From Anthoceros angustus (taxonomy: Eukaryota > Plantae > Anthocerotophyta), in NCBI GenBank assembly GCA_010909165.1, contig MU008206.1, forward strand, positions 62,001-126,000: 64,000 bases of DNA. The letters are read 5' to 3'. Made by a program: the position numbers and the translations under genes. Below are positions 1 to 14,099 of this stretch, piece by piece. Below the pieces are notes generated by a model. The model searched no databases, was not told the origin of the DNA, and saw only the letters and a list, made by a program, of their open reading frames with translations. Every line of letters begins with the position of its first letter. Within the stretch, counting starts at the first letter, position 1.

Positions 1-1370
1 GTGGGAAGAGAGAGTGCCAGGTTTGTGTTAAGATGGCCGCACCAAACGGGGACAGAACTAACAAACTTAATACCAAGCCTCCAAAACATGTTGCAATGTG
101 GAAGTGTAACAAAAAATTGCAACATCGACTGTAACATGGGGTGCCCTTTTCTAGTAGGGCGTGTCACCAAAGTCATCACCTTCAACATGCAAAACAGAAA
201 AGATCGGAGCCTCTGTTGTCTGCGGTGGTAGTGTGTCGTTTTCATCCCATATCGTCAATGCCAGTTGATCTTCAACCGGTCATTCGGGTCTCGCTGGAGT
301 CCTTCATTCGACCCTTCTTTCCAAGCAAGCTATACACTTGCATTTTCATGTCAATGCCTCCGTCTCGACAGATCTCCTTTGCCCAAAACTTGCTGTGGCC
401 TCTGCGAAAACTTATCTCTGTTGTTATTTCTTGAACTCGTCCGCCGCTCCAACCCGCTTCACTCGCTAGACATATACATTGAGCATCGTGGCGCCTTTTT
501 GTCAATGGCCACAACGCTCCTTTTCCGTTGAATCCGGCCACCAAAATGACCTCGATCCCGCAAAGGCCAATAATCCATTGCCTTCTTGGAGAACATGTTC
601 ACCAACATGCCTAATAAGCCCAAAGGTTTCTGATATGGCGATACGACCATCTTATCACCAGTGTGGTAAACAAGCTTCTTCACCACAGTTCCATGTCGGA
701 TAACTCTTGGGAGCACCCGTTTGATGTCTTTGCCGGCAAAAAGAGGAGCTTTTCCGACATTGGACTATGTCTTCACTGCGCTTCCCACTGTCAAATATTC
801 CATCATAACAAAGACCACTGCTCGTGGGATGTTGGTTTTCTCCCATACCGTGGTTTGTATGACTCTTTCGCACCACGACCTCAAAGCCTCCACGGCTTGA
901 ATCACCCCATCCACCCCATGCATCGAATTATCCGGAACACATCGGTGGTCTTCTCGTTGAAAGAGCGATGAGCTCTTTCAATTCTTCTTCAACGAAAGCC
1001 TTGTCATTCTCATGCCACCGTAAACCTCGAGGAGGTCGCAGAAAAGAAGAGTGTACCTCGGTGGCAAAATCCTTTCATATCCAAAATGTCTCGATGCACC
1101 ACCGAGCCACTTTGTCCAAGACCTGTGCACTGAAATCGAGTCGCATCCATGTCCTTGTCGCCATTTGTTTTCGCTCTTCTTCCATCCGCTTTTGCGCGCT
1201 TATAAACAAAATCTTGGAATGGTTTTGGCAGGCTTTCCAAATCCTCAATGTCTCCGGTTTACGCAAGCAAGGTAGGTGGTCGAAAAACGAATTGACGGTG
1301 AGTGCCTTTGGCCACCGCTGATTGTGGCAGGTGGCGGCTGTCACCCGACCCACCTGATATGTTGGATGGC
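1..1370 (-). pseudogene. Degenerate CACTA (En/Spm) Tnp2/TnpD-type transposase fragment
   Basis: Minus-strand frameshifted pieces in Tnp2 order: DG..FKPW (~910, cf. DGFNPF), IDMKMQVYSLLGKKGRMKDSSETRM (cf. IDVMH..LLGxxGKTKD) and YGMKTTHYH (~235, cf. GLKSHDxH). Runs off the window start. Confidence 0.55.
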
Positions 1371-3739
1371 GCAATGAGGGGTCGGCCGTGTCACCGCGAC
1401 TCCCTCATTGCGCCTACGGAAACAACAGGGGAGCGCGCCTGGCCACCGGCCAAGACTGCAAGTGCGCCCGGACCGCGCACTCTAACGAATACACTCACTT
1501 ACCACTTTCAAGTAAAAGTTGAAACTTCGCCACTTTTGGCCTCGGTATGTTTAGGAAACCACACTTCAACGACTTAGGTGGCACACTTCATAGCCTTCGA
1601 AAGGCATGCTCGATAAGGTTAATCTTCTTCCGCCAACATCGCATGTTGAGAGAGAAAATGCATCAAGCACCGCGTGAAATGTTATGGAGATCCGCAAAGT
1701 ATATCGGGATATCCATCGACGGATGGACCAACAGAAGACGCCCACATTTCACGCGCTACCCAAGGACCGCCGATGTAGGTTTTGATCGACGCCCATGTTG
1801 TGGGGTGCATGATTTATAACTACACCATGTCGGCGGAACTATTCATGGCATACGGAACATCCTAACGATGCAAACCTCGACTATAGCCAATATCCAAAGA
1901 TGTCATTTCAAATTACGAGGGACTACTACCAAAGGTTCTCTATCTTCAACTCGACACCGACGGGAGAATAAGAATGCACGCTATTCGCTTCGAATATGTT
2001 GGTAGAGCTTAAGGTTTTGAGAAGGTAAAAGTAGGATTCCTCCGGTTGGGCACACTCATGACCAAGTTGACCAGATGTTTTCGAGGTTTTCAATGTTGCA
2101 CGGAAGGAAGCTTTACGCCCAAACCGACCGGTATTTTGGAGAATGCATATACGCCCAAACCAAAAATTATGGAGGTGAAAGAAGTTCCAGACTTCGAAAG
2201 TTTGTGGCCAATACCTTATGGTAAGGTGGCTATAAACAAAGTTGTGCAAAGGAAAGTTTGCACAATATATCTTTTCAAAGATCGCTCAAAATAACCCGAG
2301 AAACGCGAGGTGAGCGGACTTGTTATCGTGATGAGGGGCAAACAATATTCCACCGATGAATACCGGTCACCGGACGAGGGTTTGGAGTTTTGAATAATGT
2401 CCCATCTACTCCTATTCAAGCCGCTCGCTTGGTTCATTTGGAGGTCCAGTAAAAAGCGGTTGCAGAGGGAGAGATCCGAAAGAAGTCTTGCAAAGAATGC
2501 GTGGGAAACTAGAGGAAAACTCGTGACCCATTTGGGCGCAGTGAGGATATTTGGTGGAGGAATTCGGTCGAGCAATCACCATCGTGGACAAGATAGCATG
2601 TGAGCATGTTGAGGAATTGAAGACCCTTGGCAATGGTACGATAGAACACATAATGAAGAGTTGCATCGCGGTTGTACCGTAGGTGAGATTTTACAAAGAT
2701 CCAATCGTCGCAAGTGCCCGCGGACATGTATGTTGGAGCGCACAGGATGATGCGCGGGAACAAGAAAGCTTGAACGGCGATGTGTTGGAGATACAAACAG
2801 TCACATGATTGCGGTGTCAGGAGACGACAATCAATCCATGCTCGCTCGCAAAAGTTCTGGTGGACTTCCAATGTGACGCCCATTCATTAAAGTCCATTGG
2901 TGGGTGACTAAATGCAGCGCATTTGAAGGGTGTACCTAGAGGAGATGATTTTACGATCGCCCACCAACGCTACGTGGGGTCGCTCAACGACGGAGCATGA
3001 GGTTGCGAAACACGTACAAATTGCTTCTTTTCGCATACATTCATCTTGGCATACGGGTTTTCTCTAACAAAACAAGCAACTAAATGCAAGGACCGTAACC
3101 ATAATACGGAAAAACATGTACGCTTTTGGCGCCTGCGGAGGAAGCTTAACATATGGAAGGAAGGGACGCTGGATGATGGCGCGTAAGATGTTGCATCCGG
3201 CGAGGACATTGAAACACTTGATGAACATGGTTCATGGAGTTCGATTAGTTAGTTTTCGATTGACCATGGACTCCTACTAGTGCCGGATGGAAGGTGCCGG
3301 GTGACCGACTTCGTGAGAGGATAGTGTGTTCCCCATGGACATAAACGGCTTAACCAAGTGCAGTATGGGCACACAAAATGACGGTACAATACAATTTGCG
3401 ATTATGTTCCAAATCCAAAACCGTGTCTCTATTCGATGGACCTTATTTTTTAGGACAACACATGATAAGACCGGCTGTACAAAAATGTTCAAACGCATCC
3501 ACCGATTCCGGTCCCACACTTTTTCCAAGTTTTGGAGGAATGAATTCAAAGACAATAATTTTTTGGCCACGTTCTTTTCGGTCCGAAAAGTGGATGCCAA
3601 ATTTTCTTCAAAACCCGCAATAACGTACATGGTTTTCTGGGACATGCTTTTTTTTGGATATGATGATGGGAAAGTTTACTGCCTTTTTCCCAGCAGCCCA
3701 TTTCAACGGAATCCGCCGATATTGCGCAGACTTTGTTAA

Positions 3740-5560
3740 AGGCTGCAGCAGGACAATCTGGAAATCCGAGAGGGGATAAAAGGGCGCCAGCATGGGCGCG
3801 AGGAGGAGGCTGGAATGCTCCTCAAGGGTGAGAAGTCAGGAGGGCTGCAAGTGGAGGCCACACGTTGGCAAAGAAAGAAGCAAACGGACATGGGAGCCGC
3901 CAAAAAAGAAAAGGCGCCCCACTTGGCGAGGTCGGCCAGCGCCATGGGGCCGCGAGGAGGAGACGACCCTAGGGAGGTAGGTGCGCCAGAGGGCGAGGAA
4001 GGAGATGCATCCCATGAGAAGCTTGAAGAAAAACTGCAGGAGAAGGAAATGGCAGATTCATGGGAAATCACTCATGAGGCGGCCATGGAGGTGCAGGAAG
4101 GCAAGGAGGTCGCCATGGGAGCACGAGCTGGACCTGGACACGAGGCTAGACCAGCAGGAATGGAAGAAATCCGAACGTTGTTGGAGGAGGAGCATGCAAA
4201 CGGGTCAGCAGGCTCAAACAGCATGGACAAAGCGGGAGAATGGATTTGTGGATGGATCAACGCCATCAGGGCTGCTGGTGGGCGAGCTAGGGAGGCGACG
4301 TGGTATGCGTGGAAGGAGGAGATTAGAACGTGAGGGGCGTTCATGCCCAAGATACCGTTGAATGGTGAGGTACGAAATTTTCTAGAGCATGGAATCATGC
4401 CTGATGGTTTGTCTAGGGAGGGGCGAGCTGTTTTTCTCCACAAGACAGCCCCTTATTGCCTACGAGATGGGGTCTTGTACAAGCTTGGTCCAGACGAGAA
4501 GATTCGGCGATGTCTGGAAACTAGAGAAGCTGTTTTGGTCACAGGAGCTTTACATGCAGAAGAGGCTGGTGGTCATTATTCACAAATCACCGTGAAGAAG
4601 GTCTTGGATGCATGCTGGTGGGCTACAATGCAGAGGGATGTGTGGGAATTTATTAGGAGGTGTGATGCGTGTCAGAGGGTTGGAAGGCCCACTTTGTCAA
4701 CACAGTGGCCTCTCACCTACATACTACCTTTGGCACCATTTGAGAAGTGGGGTATAGATTTTGTAGGTCCAATCAAGCCACCCACACAATGGACAAGGAA
4801 GCAATATATCTTGGTGGCTACGGACTATTGTACAAAGATGGTGGAGGCTGAAGCAACAAGGAAGGACGACGCACCTGCAGTAGCGAAGTTTCTCTTTGAG
4901 AACATTATAACGAGGTATGGATGTCCTTTGAGTTGGTCTGATGGGGAACTCATTTCCTCAACTCGATTGAGACTCTCACCACCTACTTCAACATTCTAAG
5001 ATCGAAAGACAACTCCTTACAATCCCAAAGCGAATGGTTTGACGGAGAAAACGAATGGGCTGTGTACAATCTTGACCAAGGTAACTGGACTCACATGTAT
5101 GATTGGGACACTGTTACATTCAAGGCTTGGATGCCAGAGAAGGTGACAACCAAGAAGACCCCTTATTATTTAACATATGGCATGTCTCCTGTGATGCCGG
5201 TAGAATTTGAAGTACCCACCTATAGAATCATGGAGGATGAGCGATGATCAGAGGATAGCCGGTAGCTAGATTAGAATCTTTCATAGAGCGGAGGAACGAG
5301 GGAAGATGCTTTAGAAGAAACTCAAATTAGGGAGCTTAGAAAGGATAGGCATGATGGGAAGTTGAGGAAGCAAGAAGCTATCATGGCCGGGATTTGGTTC
5401 TTCTATATGATAGCTTATATGGACTTCCGAAGCTTAGATTGAGATGGATGGGACCTTATGAGGTGGTGGCGTGTATGAGAATGGATCCGTGCAATTACGA
5501 GTCTTGGATGGGGATTCTGCCAACTAGAGTGAATGGGTGGAAGGTTAAGTACCTTCACTG
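3740..5560 (+). mobile_element. Ty3/Gypsy (Athila/Tat-like, non-chromovirus) pol 3' end with integrase, frameshifted
   Basis: ORF 4343-4999 has the HHCC zinc finger (H..GGH...WW..MQRDV...CDACQR) and catalytic core PFEKWGIDFVGP..YILVATDYCTK. Downstream fragments: TTPYNPKANG, TPYYLTYG..PVMPVEFEVP, and RWMGPY..VNG (GPY module). Confidence 0.88.
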
Positions 5561-6856
5561 AGGTATCTGTTGTTTGCGAGACGCATAAGCGGGTGAGGAG
5601 GGGAGTATGTGTCCGATCCAAGAACTGGGAGGATCCTAGAGGTGGACCGTGGAGGTCCTGAGGGGCGTTTATAATAACCGCCCAGTGAGAGGAGGAGTAG
5701 TGGGAACCCACGAAGAGGTGATGGGAAGGTGGGCGGCCAAGGCGGCCCTTTGCGACTAAGGACGCGATCCTCCAGGGTGATGTCAGGACCTCTTGGACAG
5801 AGGGGAGATGCGATGAGTGGCGAGATTATCGTCCACGGAACATGTTGACCAAGGTGGACCACCTTGGAGACAATTTCAGTGTTCCTCCACGACCTCCGAA
5901 GCAGCGCCGGAGGCGAATAATTTCGCCCGGATCAACCGGGAGGCATGGTGAGGTCAGAAGCCACCTCCGTCGGCCATCGCCGTTCTTGATCCATGTGTGG
6001 GAACGCGAACCTCCTCAAGGAGGCGGGAGGAACAAGCACTCGGAAAGGGCGCGCCCCTCACAGGAGCGGAAGGAAGAGGCGGAAGGGGAGGCCCGGCGGT
6101 CCGGGAGCAAGAGGGTCGAGGAGGAGGCGGGAGGATTCCGACTCCATGCTGGAGCGGACCCCCTCGCCGCCTAGGAAGTGTGGGAGGACATCCCGCCTCT
6201 CCTCCTGGTGCCCCCACGGGCAACGGCCAGGAGGAGGCGGCCACAGACGGAGTTGGCGGCTCCGGCTCAGCGCAGCGACCAACGACAACGATATTGACAA
6301 CGGACTCGTCGAGGCGAAAAATGCGGAAGACGGCGCCGCACATAGCGCGACACCGAGGCGGCGCCGTGCCCTTGCCTCCGCAGCGGGTGGCAAGCGAGGA
6401 AAGCGTCTGAAGGCGGAAAGGACTGCCCAAGGCGGGAGGCCAGCGGCGGCCACCCGGGCAGGTCTGTTCCCGGCCGGGAGGGGCAAACAGGCGACTCCGG
6501 ACCCCTTCACCACCTCCGAGCCCTGTGGGAGGAGGCAGGCGGAGAAGGAGTTAGCGGCCAAGAGGGCCAAGGAAGGCGAGGCTCCGGACCGACTTTCGGG
6601 GACACCCGAGGGTCTGATTAGGTCCGGAGCCCGTCGGACTCGCTCCGGGTTAGTGCGGTCTCTTGATCCTTGACCCGGACCAAGAGATGCCTGCGCCCAC
6701 AACGGACTTTCTGGGCATCTCCCCAGCGGCGGCCGTGGAAGAAACGCGGCGAGTTTTAGCTACCGTCATGGACGGTATGCTTTGGGGTCTCTCTGGAACA
6801 GCGGAGAAGACCCAAGAAGTGGAGGCCACCCGACGGAGGATGGTGGAACTTCAAGG

Positions 6857-7968
6857 TGTGGGAGGCAGATCCCGGGGCTCCCGAGATGCGCCCTCTAGCG
6901 GCCACACTTATCCCACTGTCGTTTCGTACGTTGGGTTTCGTCCCATGAGACTTGTGGAGCAGTCGAATCTTGAAATCCGTCACTACACCGCTACACACTA
7001 CCTCGGCCTTCTAAACAAGCAAGGCGCCCTCTCACGCTCCCTCTACAGCGGCTCGCCCGTCTTTGCGTAAATCCTCAGCCTCAACCTACAGCGACACCAC
7101 ACAATTGCAGTTCGTCTTAACGGCGGTGTCTATCACGGGCGCCAGGACCCCTGACCCACACCGCAACCGTCCCTACTCCTAAGACACTCTTCTCCACACG
7201 GGCGCCCTCTTACTTGCAGTTGGGATTCGTCCCTTAGGCTCGCACTGTGGCCTTAGTTTTCCTACACTCTAATCCTCCTCACAACTCTCTCAATCAACAA
7301 CGCCCTCTTCTTCTCTACTCATCTACCCTTCCTTCCTCCACAATCTCCTACTCTAACACCAATTGCTGGCTCATTAATTCCAACTCGCCCTTACGGCTGG
7401 CACAGTCCGTCAGGAAATTGAGTTCTTCCTTGGGCGGTTGCTATGTGGTTTGTACAGACGAGAACCTCCGAGTCTTTCCTGCAGTCTACCCTCAAGCCGA
7501 GAGTTCCTTGAGCATCGCCACACACTCAAAGCAAAACAATTCACCACAACCATTCACAAGGGAGGCGGCTAGCGGGCGCTGCAAAGAGCAAGCCCGCACT
7601 CCGACCGCGTTCTCCCTCTCTACGGACCTGCGTTGGCTTGCGGTAGCACGAAATTCTGCACACAAAGTGAAGGACTCGGGAGGATGGGAGGCAAGACACG
7701 ATAATTTTACTTCACAAGCTCCCTCCTTTTATAGGGAGGTCCTCACATACAGCCTCCCCAGCGCGCCCTCCACAGCCGCCTTACTCCTTATTTTAGTGTA
7801 TCCTATTGTCGACTTTAAGTTCGACATCCAAGCATCTTGGGTAAAATTCTATTCTAGCAAATTCACCTATGTGAGCCTTAATGGCTCTGTCAACATTCCT
7901 ATCTAGCTAGTCAACACACTCTTTGTGACAAGCATTAATGCTGTCCTCCTCTAAAGAAAAGTCTTCCC
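6857..7968 (-). repeat. LTR-like repeat A, copy 1 (~1.11 kb)
   Basis: Outer end TGTGGGAGGCAG at 6857. TATA (CTATAAAAG) on the minus strand at ~7726-7734. Reverse-complement match along its whole length to 20979-21961 joined to 33333-33524. Confidence 0.85.
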
Positions 7969-8001
7969 AAGTGGCATCTTGCCCCATGTCTTCAAGCTAA
8001 T

Positions 8002-11000
8002 TTAAGGACTTCTTATGAATCCCTTCCTTATCTTGATGCCTATCTTGAGTTCCTTCCTCCAATAAAATAGCCGGGCTCTCTTAGCCCTTGGCTCATCCTC
8101 GACTTCTCCTCTTCCTCTCACTTGTGGAGCAAGTGAGCTCCTTGCTCTTGCACCCATGTTAGGAGGTTGGTCTTCTCCTTGTGATCCTTGCTCCATTCCT
8201 GCAAGATCAACCCCCTCTTCCTCTTTTCCTGCAAGGGCCAAGGTACTCGTCCCCCCTGCCGTCAAATCCATGCTAGCAGCCTTTGAATCCGCTGCTTCTC
8301 CCGGCCCTCCTACCATGAACTCCTCCTACCACGGTAGGAGTTCCTACCGAAGTTTCTTCTTCCTTACCCCTTCACAGGTGATTCTCTCCACATGCAGCTT
8401 CTCGCTTCACTCGCTTCTCCACAGCTTCTCCTTCACTCGCTTCTCCACAGTGCAAGTTTCTCCACCCTGTTGCTTGGGACACTCTCCAAGTCTAAGGCTT
8501 CCGGTTGGACTTGCATGAGGGCCTCCCTATCATCGTCATGAGGTCCCAACATCCTCCTCTCAGCAAGTCGCAACAACTCGTTAGTGGCCTTGAGCACCTT
8601 GTTGTGAAGATGGGCTGCAAATCGTTGTTGTGCCATCTCCAATTCTTCGTAATCCTCAAGCCATACTCCATGCTCACACTTGCTTTTGTAAGCATCTCGC
8701 TCAAGGCCAGCTCACGGTCTTGACATGGAGCCACATTCTCCGTCCTCTCATTACGGTTGGCGGATCAATCTCTCTTGTAGGGCATAATCAGAAATCTGCT
8801 CCCTCACCGCCAACATATGCTCTGCACCCATGTTGGGAGGTTGGTCTTCTCCTTGTGATTCTTGCTCCATTCTGCAAGATCAACCCCTCTTCCTTCTTTC
8901 TGCAAGGGCCAAGGTACTCTCGCCTCCCTTGCCGTCAAATCCATGCTAGCGACCTTTGAATCCACTGCTTCTTCCGGCCCTCCTACCATGGAACTCCTCC
9001 TACCACGGTAGGAGTTCCTACAGTTTCTTCTTCCTTACCCCTTCACAGGTGATTCTCTCCACACTGTGAGCTTCTCGCTTCACTCGCTTCTCCACAGTGC
9101 GAAGTTTCTCCACCCTTGGGACACTCTCCAAGTCTAAGGCTTCGGTTGGACTTGCATGAGGGCCTCCCTATCATCGTCATGAGGTCCCAACATCCTCCTC
9201 TCAGCAAGTCGCAACAACTCGTTAGTGGCCTTGAGCACCTTGTTGTGAAGATGGGCTGCAAATCGTTGTTGTGCCATCTCCAATTCTTCGTAATCCTCAA
9301 GCCATACTCCATGCTCACACTTGCTTTTGTAAGCATCTCGCTCAAGGCCAGCTCACGGTCTTGACATGGAGCCACATTCTCCGTCCTCTCATTACGGTTG
9401 GCGGATCAATCTCTCTTGTAGGGCATAATCAGCCAAATCTAGCTCCCTCACCGCCAACATATGCTGCACCGCCTCATGACGGCCTTTCTCCTTTGCCATT
9501 TCTTCCTCCAACTCCCCTATCCTCCTAGGGAGTTGTGCATTCTCCTCTTGGACTTCTCGTTCCATTTCCAATCTTTGGACAAAATGTGTCCGTTCTTCCA
9601 GCTCTTCTTCCTTCAATTCCGCCTCCGGATTTCTCCCAGCTCCTTTTCCATGTCACTAATCTTCCACGGCTGTGTGGCTATGACCGCTCATGTGCGCCTA
9701 CTTGCCTTTGTCTGTCCTCATTTCTTTGCATTGCTCTCGTCTTGACCTTTCCTCCATTAGCAGCACTTGCTTGTCTTACGCCTTCTTTTCCATGTCGCAC
9801 CATGTGAGCAAGTTGCTCCACCTTCTCCTCTCGAGCTGCCAATTGCTTGGTAAGAGCCTTGTTCTCCGAATATGATGGTTTGTTTCCTGTTGTCTCAAGA
9901 CTCTTTTCCAAGTGCTCCACTTGAGCTTCCATCCTCATAACATCCTCCACCGCAGCTCGCCTACACCAATTTCCCTTGCTTGGTAGGTCCTTGTCTTCTC
10001 GCCTCCGTCTTCAAGAATTCAACTCTCCTCTTGGCGGCTCCTATGTACCTTGAACATCTCCCCTGTCGCATCTCCTCCAACATGTCTAAGTCTCCTTTCT
10101 TACCTCCGGGACTCAAGGCCTTTGCCTTGCTCATGGGATCTTACATCCCTTGCTTCCCTATGATGAGCTCCCGCTCATCACTTGGTGGGGCAACTCCTCC
10201 CACCGTGACTCCATCCTCGCCCACCTAGCAGGGCCGGTTGCCTTCTTATCTCCTCTTGGGAGCTTCCAAACCGTGACTTCCTTTCCCTCCTACCGTGGTA
10301 GGAGGTGCTCCTAGTGGGACTACTTCCCTACCGTGGTAGGACTAATTCGCCACCGTAGGTCTTGTCATGAGAGGGCGAGAGGGGTCCCAAACCACTGTGG
10401 GAACACCTCCTACCCTCGTAGGTGGGATTCCTGCCATGGTAGGATCTATCCTACCTTCCATCTCCGCATCTTCTGCGGTCCAAACTTCAAATCCCCCTAC
10501 AACTTCTCCTTGCAAGTCCTCCTGCACATCCTCTGGCCTATCTTTCGGAGGGATTCCTTCCAGCAATAATGTCCGGTGGTCTTGCGGCACCTCCTTTAGC
10601 AAAGCACCAAGCACTCCTGTCCCTCTCCCTCTGTAAGTACACAATGTTAAAGGGATGCTTGGAATCATCCAACTCCTTACTTGTGAGTAGCCCTCTACTT
10701 CCCACAAATGCACTAGATAAGTGCTAAGATAGCCTTGTTGCATCTTCATCAAGCGTTGGGTTTGAACTTTTCCGGTGGTAGGTGTATGCTTCATACATGA
10801 TGAGCCCCAATCCGGCTTCGCTCCTTGAGTGATCTTCCATAGAAAATGGAGGAAGGTAGTGCTGAAATATGACACCTTGGATTGCTCACCAAGCCCAAAA
10901 CAATTCTTGTGAACAATCTCCACTTGGGCTCCAAGATTTGGTCGTCCACAACCGTTCTTGGACTTAGCCTTCATGCCCCCTTGCATAAGTGTAAGGGCTC

Positions 11001-11394
11001 CCTTGGGAAGATCCGCCGTTGATGCACGCTTGCCTCCACTCGTTCCTTCCATCAACGTGATTCCGCTATCCTCGCTATCCGGCCTGCCATATACCTGGCG
11101 TATGCTCCTTACGGTCCAACACCGTGGATCCGTCCGTGCGTTCCTATCCGGTAAGGCAGCCAATTCCTCTTCCGTCTGCTGCAAATTAGCAAAACACTCC
11201 TCTATCAATTCAAGGTTGGTGTAAGACCAATGTCGCCCATACACCCACTCTAGCTGAATATTCTCCTCTGCTGCCCAAGGTCGAAAGTCTGAAAGGTCTC
11301 TAGAGGACAGCTGGCACCTGCGTAAATAAGGGCATGTCAAATTTCCACCCTCAGGTCGATCCTCCGCCTTAGACCTCTTGCGCTCCTGCGCCAC
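8002..11394 (-). CDS. Retrotransposon accessory protein, frameshifted: N-terminal plant-mobile-domain/Transposase_32-like region, then a coiled-coil tail
   Basis: 350-aa ORF 10342-11394 (LIEECFANL..W..IRQVYGRP..G.KPDWG..YLSTYLVHLW) resembles extra ORFs of non-seed-plant Gypsy elements. Downstream E/K/R-rich heptad fragments at 9678-9950, 9392-9616 and 8433-8642. The family call is from memory only. Confidence 0.5.
8145..9468. repeat. Direct tandem duplication (~0.65 kb unit)
   Basis: 8145-8822 is repeated at ~8820-9468, and the ORF track gives the same peptide twice (MAPCQDRELAL...). Junction microhomology GCT(CT)GCACC. Confidence 0.9.
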
Positions 11395-11912
11395 CTCCCT
11401 TGGTGGACGCTCCTTCCTTGCCCTTAGTCATGGTAGGCTTGGTCATGGCCTCCTTGGTTAGTACTTGCACGAAATTGAAGAAAAGTGATGCCTCCCCCGC
11501 AATTCCTGCACACCGACTTCTTATCCTTGCAAGCGTTTCTCCTCCTCAGCGATTTGATTTGCTCTTGCTCACAGCTCAAAGGTCCTTGCCCTTGCTCTCC
11601 TCCTGCAGTCCTTACACCTTGGCGTCCCCAAAACCCCGATTTCTCCTGCAGAAAGCTCACCAAAATTCCCCACGGACTCTTACACCTTGCAATTTAGGAG
11701 CCCTTCCTTCACGGTTTCCTAGCAATCTTGCCACGCTCCACCCTCCTAGGCACCCTCACGAGCTTGGCAAGTGTTGGGTTGCGCCCCAACCTTCTTCTCC
11801 TTCTCTTCTTCCTCTTTTCCTCCTTCTTCCTCTCTTGGGCGCTGGCGGTTTCCGCCTCCTTCTTGAGCTTGCGCCTCCTTCTCCTCCTCCGCAGGGCGTG
11901 TGCAGTAGCGTT

Positions 11913-12088
11913 TGTTAAGCCCGATAACCATTTGCTGGTTACTTAAGTTAGGTTAGGTTAGCTTTATATGCAGTTATTTATTCATTGTATTTAAGCAACA
12001 CTTTACACTTAATTGATTAATGTTCTTTTGTGCAACTTGTGTGTCTCTCGCTCACCGCTCTAGCCAGCTAGTCTCTCTATTTTTCTCA
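11913..12088 (+). repeat. Copia 5' LTR
   Basis: TGTTAAG...TTTCTCA, near-identical to 19972-20151. Confidence 0.95.
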
Positions 12089-12100
12089 TGGTATCAGAGC
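12089..12100 (+). promoter_or_regulatory. Primer-binding site (tRNA-iMet)
   Basis: TGGTATCAGAGC directly after the LTR CA. Confidence 0.95.
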
Positions 12101-14099
12101 ATGTGAAATCATGCTGCTGAACCTAGCACTATGTACCTATGCTAGTCTACTCCTTGTATTTTAGATGAGAAGATGCGAGAAAACTATGATTGGGCACGCT
12201 ACGTAGAAGCCACAAAACTCTATGGCTTCTCAGTTGTGTGCTCAACATATTCCTCGCACCTGCATCTCACATAGGAGTTAGAAGTACAGCAAATTCCTAC
12301 TCTAATTCCGCTGCACAAAGCTGGCTACTTGGGTTGCAGATCCGTGAAGATGCCGAGGCGCAGAGCTGGCTGGCAATCTCGTTCCCGTGCTTCAAGGAAC
12401 GTTGAGTTCTCTCACCAGGCTCCAAGGCCACAACTGGTGGCTGGACGTGTTCCTGCAACAACAAACAACACAACACGTGTGAGAAACAGCCAGCCCCTGC
12501 CCTCATCATCATCAGCGAGATTTAATCCAAGACTACCCACCGTGCGTGGCGACATGAACATATCCACCCACAGAGATCTCCTCGCCACAGACCTGAAGAC
12601 ACTCTCGAGCATCTCGAGCCTTTCCATTTTGTAGCAACTGCTGCAAGCTGCGGATGAAGTTCTGGCTAATTGGGCTCAAGGAGGAAATTGCTCAATTGAG
12701 CTCGCGGGTGGAAAACTTCGTTTGATATGCAAACCCTATGCAAGCAATTCGAGACACTTCGGCTGGATTCATCGAAGGGCGAAACTCCTTTACAACATCC
12801 CAAGCGGTGCAAGCTTCCCTCCGGTGATTCACATTGCAAAAGTGGGAGCTTTGAAGAGTCGCGAATACTAATAGCGACATAATCTGTCACGAGGGATGAA
12901 TTGTGTCGATTGAGCGGGCAAGAAAAGTAAACCTTCAGGGACACGCGATGAAACCTAGATAGGTGCCTGGACAGGCTTAGCAAAAATTCGATTGCACGAT
13001 CTTTGGACATCTGTTGAAAAATTCGCATCACATGGACCCGGCTACAACTAGATGCAGGCGGGTGCCACGATTACGAGCGACCATTGTAAACACGGGTGTG
13101 GGCGACCGCAGAAACTTCTCTGAAGCTGAAAATCTTCTTTTGCCACGGTTAATTCCGGTTGATGGGACCGGTCTTTGGAATTTTACGCGTCTTTACTTGA
13201 CAGACGGTAGCCCGGCGACGACTTGGATGGTTACCGCCCATCGTGATTTCTTGAGATGGTCTCCATCACCGCAGCCCGACCATTATGCAAATTGTGTGAG
13301 AACGAGATCGCAAGGGGGTGACTTTCCGACCATCGAGCCTGAGATCCTCGAAGCAGGCGTGGGGAAATGAAGCGTAACGTGAGCACAAGGAAACCGAAGG
13401 ACGAAACTTACCCTCCTGCTTGTCCGACCTACGCCTGACCCGCTTGCTACAAGAATTCGCACGCCGCCTCCATAGCCGCCTAGCACGCCTTTTTCTCCCC
13501 CTGCCCCGTGCACACACAAAATTCCTCTTAGGAACACAGTCTGAACAAGCTCATATGGCTGGCACAAGCCCTACTCCCTCCATGTCAAATGGGGCCCTCC
13601 ACAACAATCAATCAAGGCAGTTCCGAGGCCAGCTTGTTGGATATTTGGGCTTAGACATGGCTGGCCTCCTCTTTGGCGGCGGTGTCCCGCCACCACTTCC
13701 CTCCCATCCTCCTTCCGCCGCGGCGAGTTCTTCATCAGCGCCTCGCTCGGGAGGCGTCGGCCTCACCTCGAGACCCCTGGCGTAGTTCGGTTCTTAATCC
13801 CCCGCATCGCCCCTAAGGGAAATTTTGGATTTGAGCTCCACCCGGCGGGTAAAGTGGCGCAATCCATTGCACCCGTGTCGGGTGGTAGGGAAATCCGCTG
13901 GGTCAGGCGGGACTTGGCGCTCAAAACCCTTACCTTCTGGCCAACCCTCACTGCACTCGGGCAGCGGCACCCAGCAACCTCAGCCCGGCAGGCATCGGGC
14001 GGGGCCGGCGGCCCAGCCTTTGCAGGAGGTCTCGGGAATCTTGCCCTGGCACAGGAGGACGGGACAACATCGTGCACTCCCATGCACCAACCCACCTAC

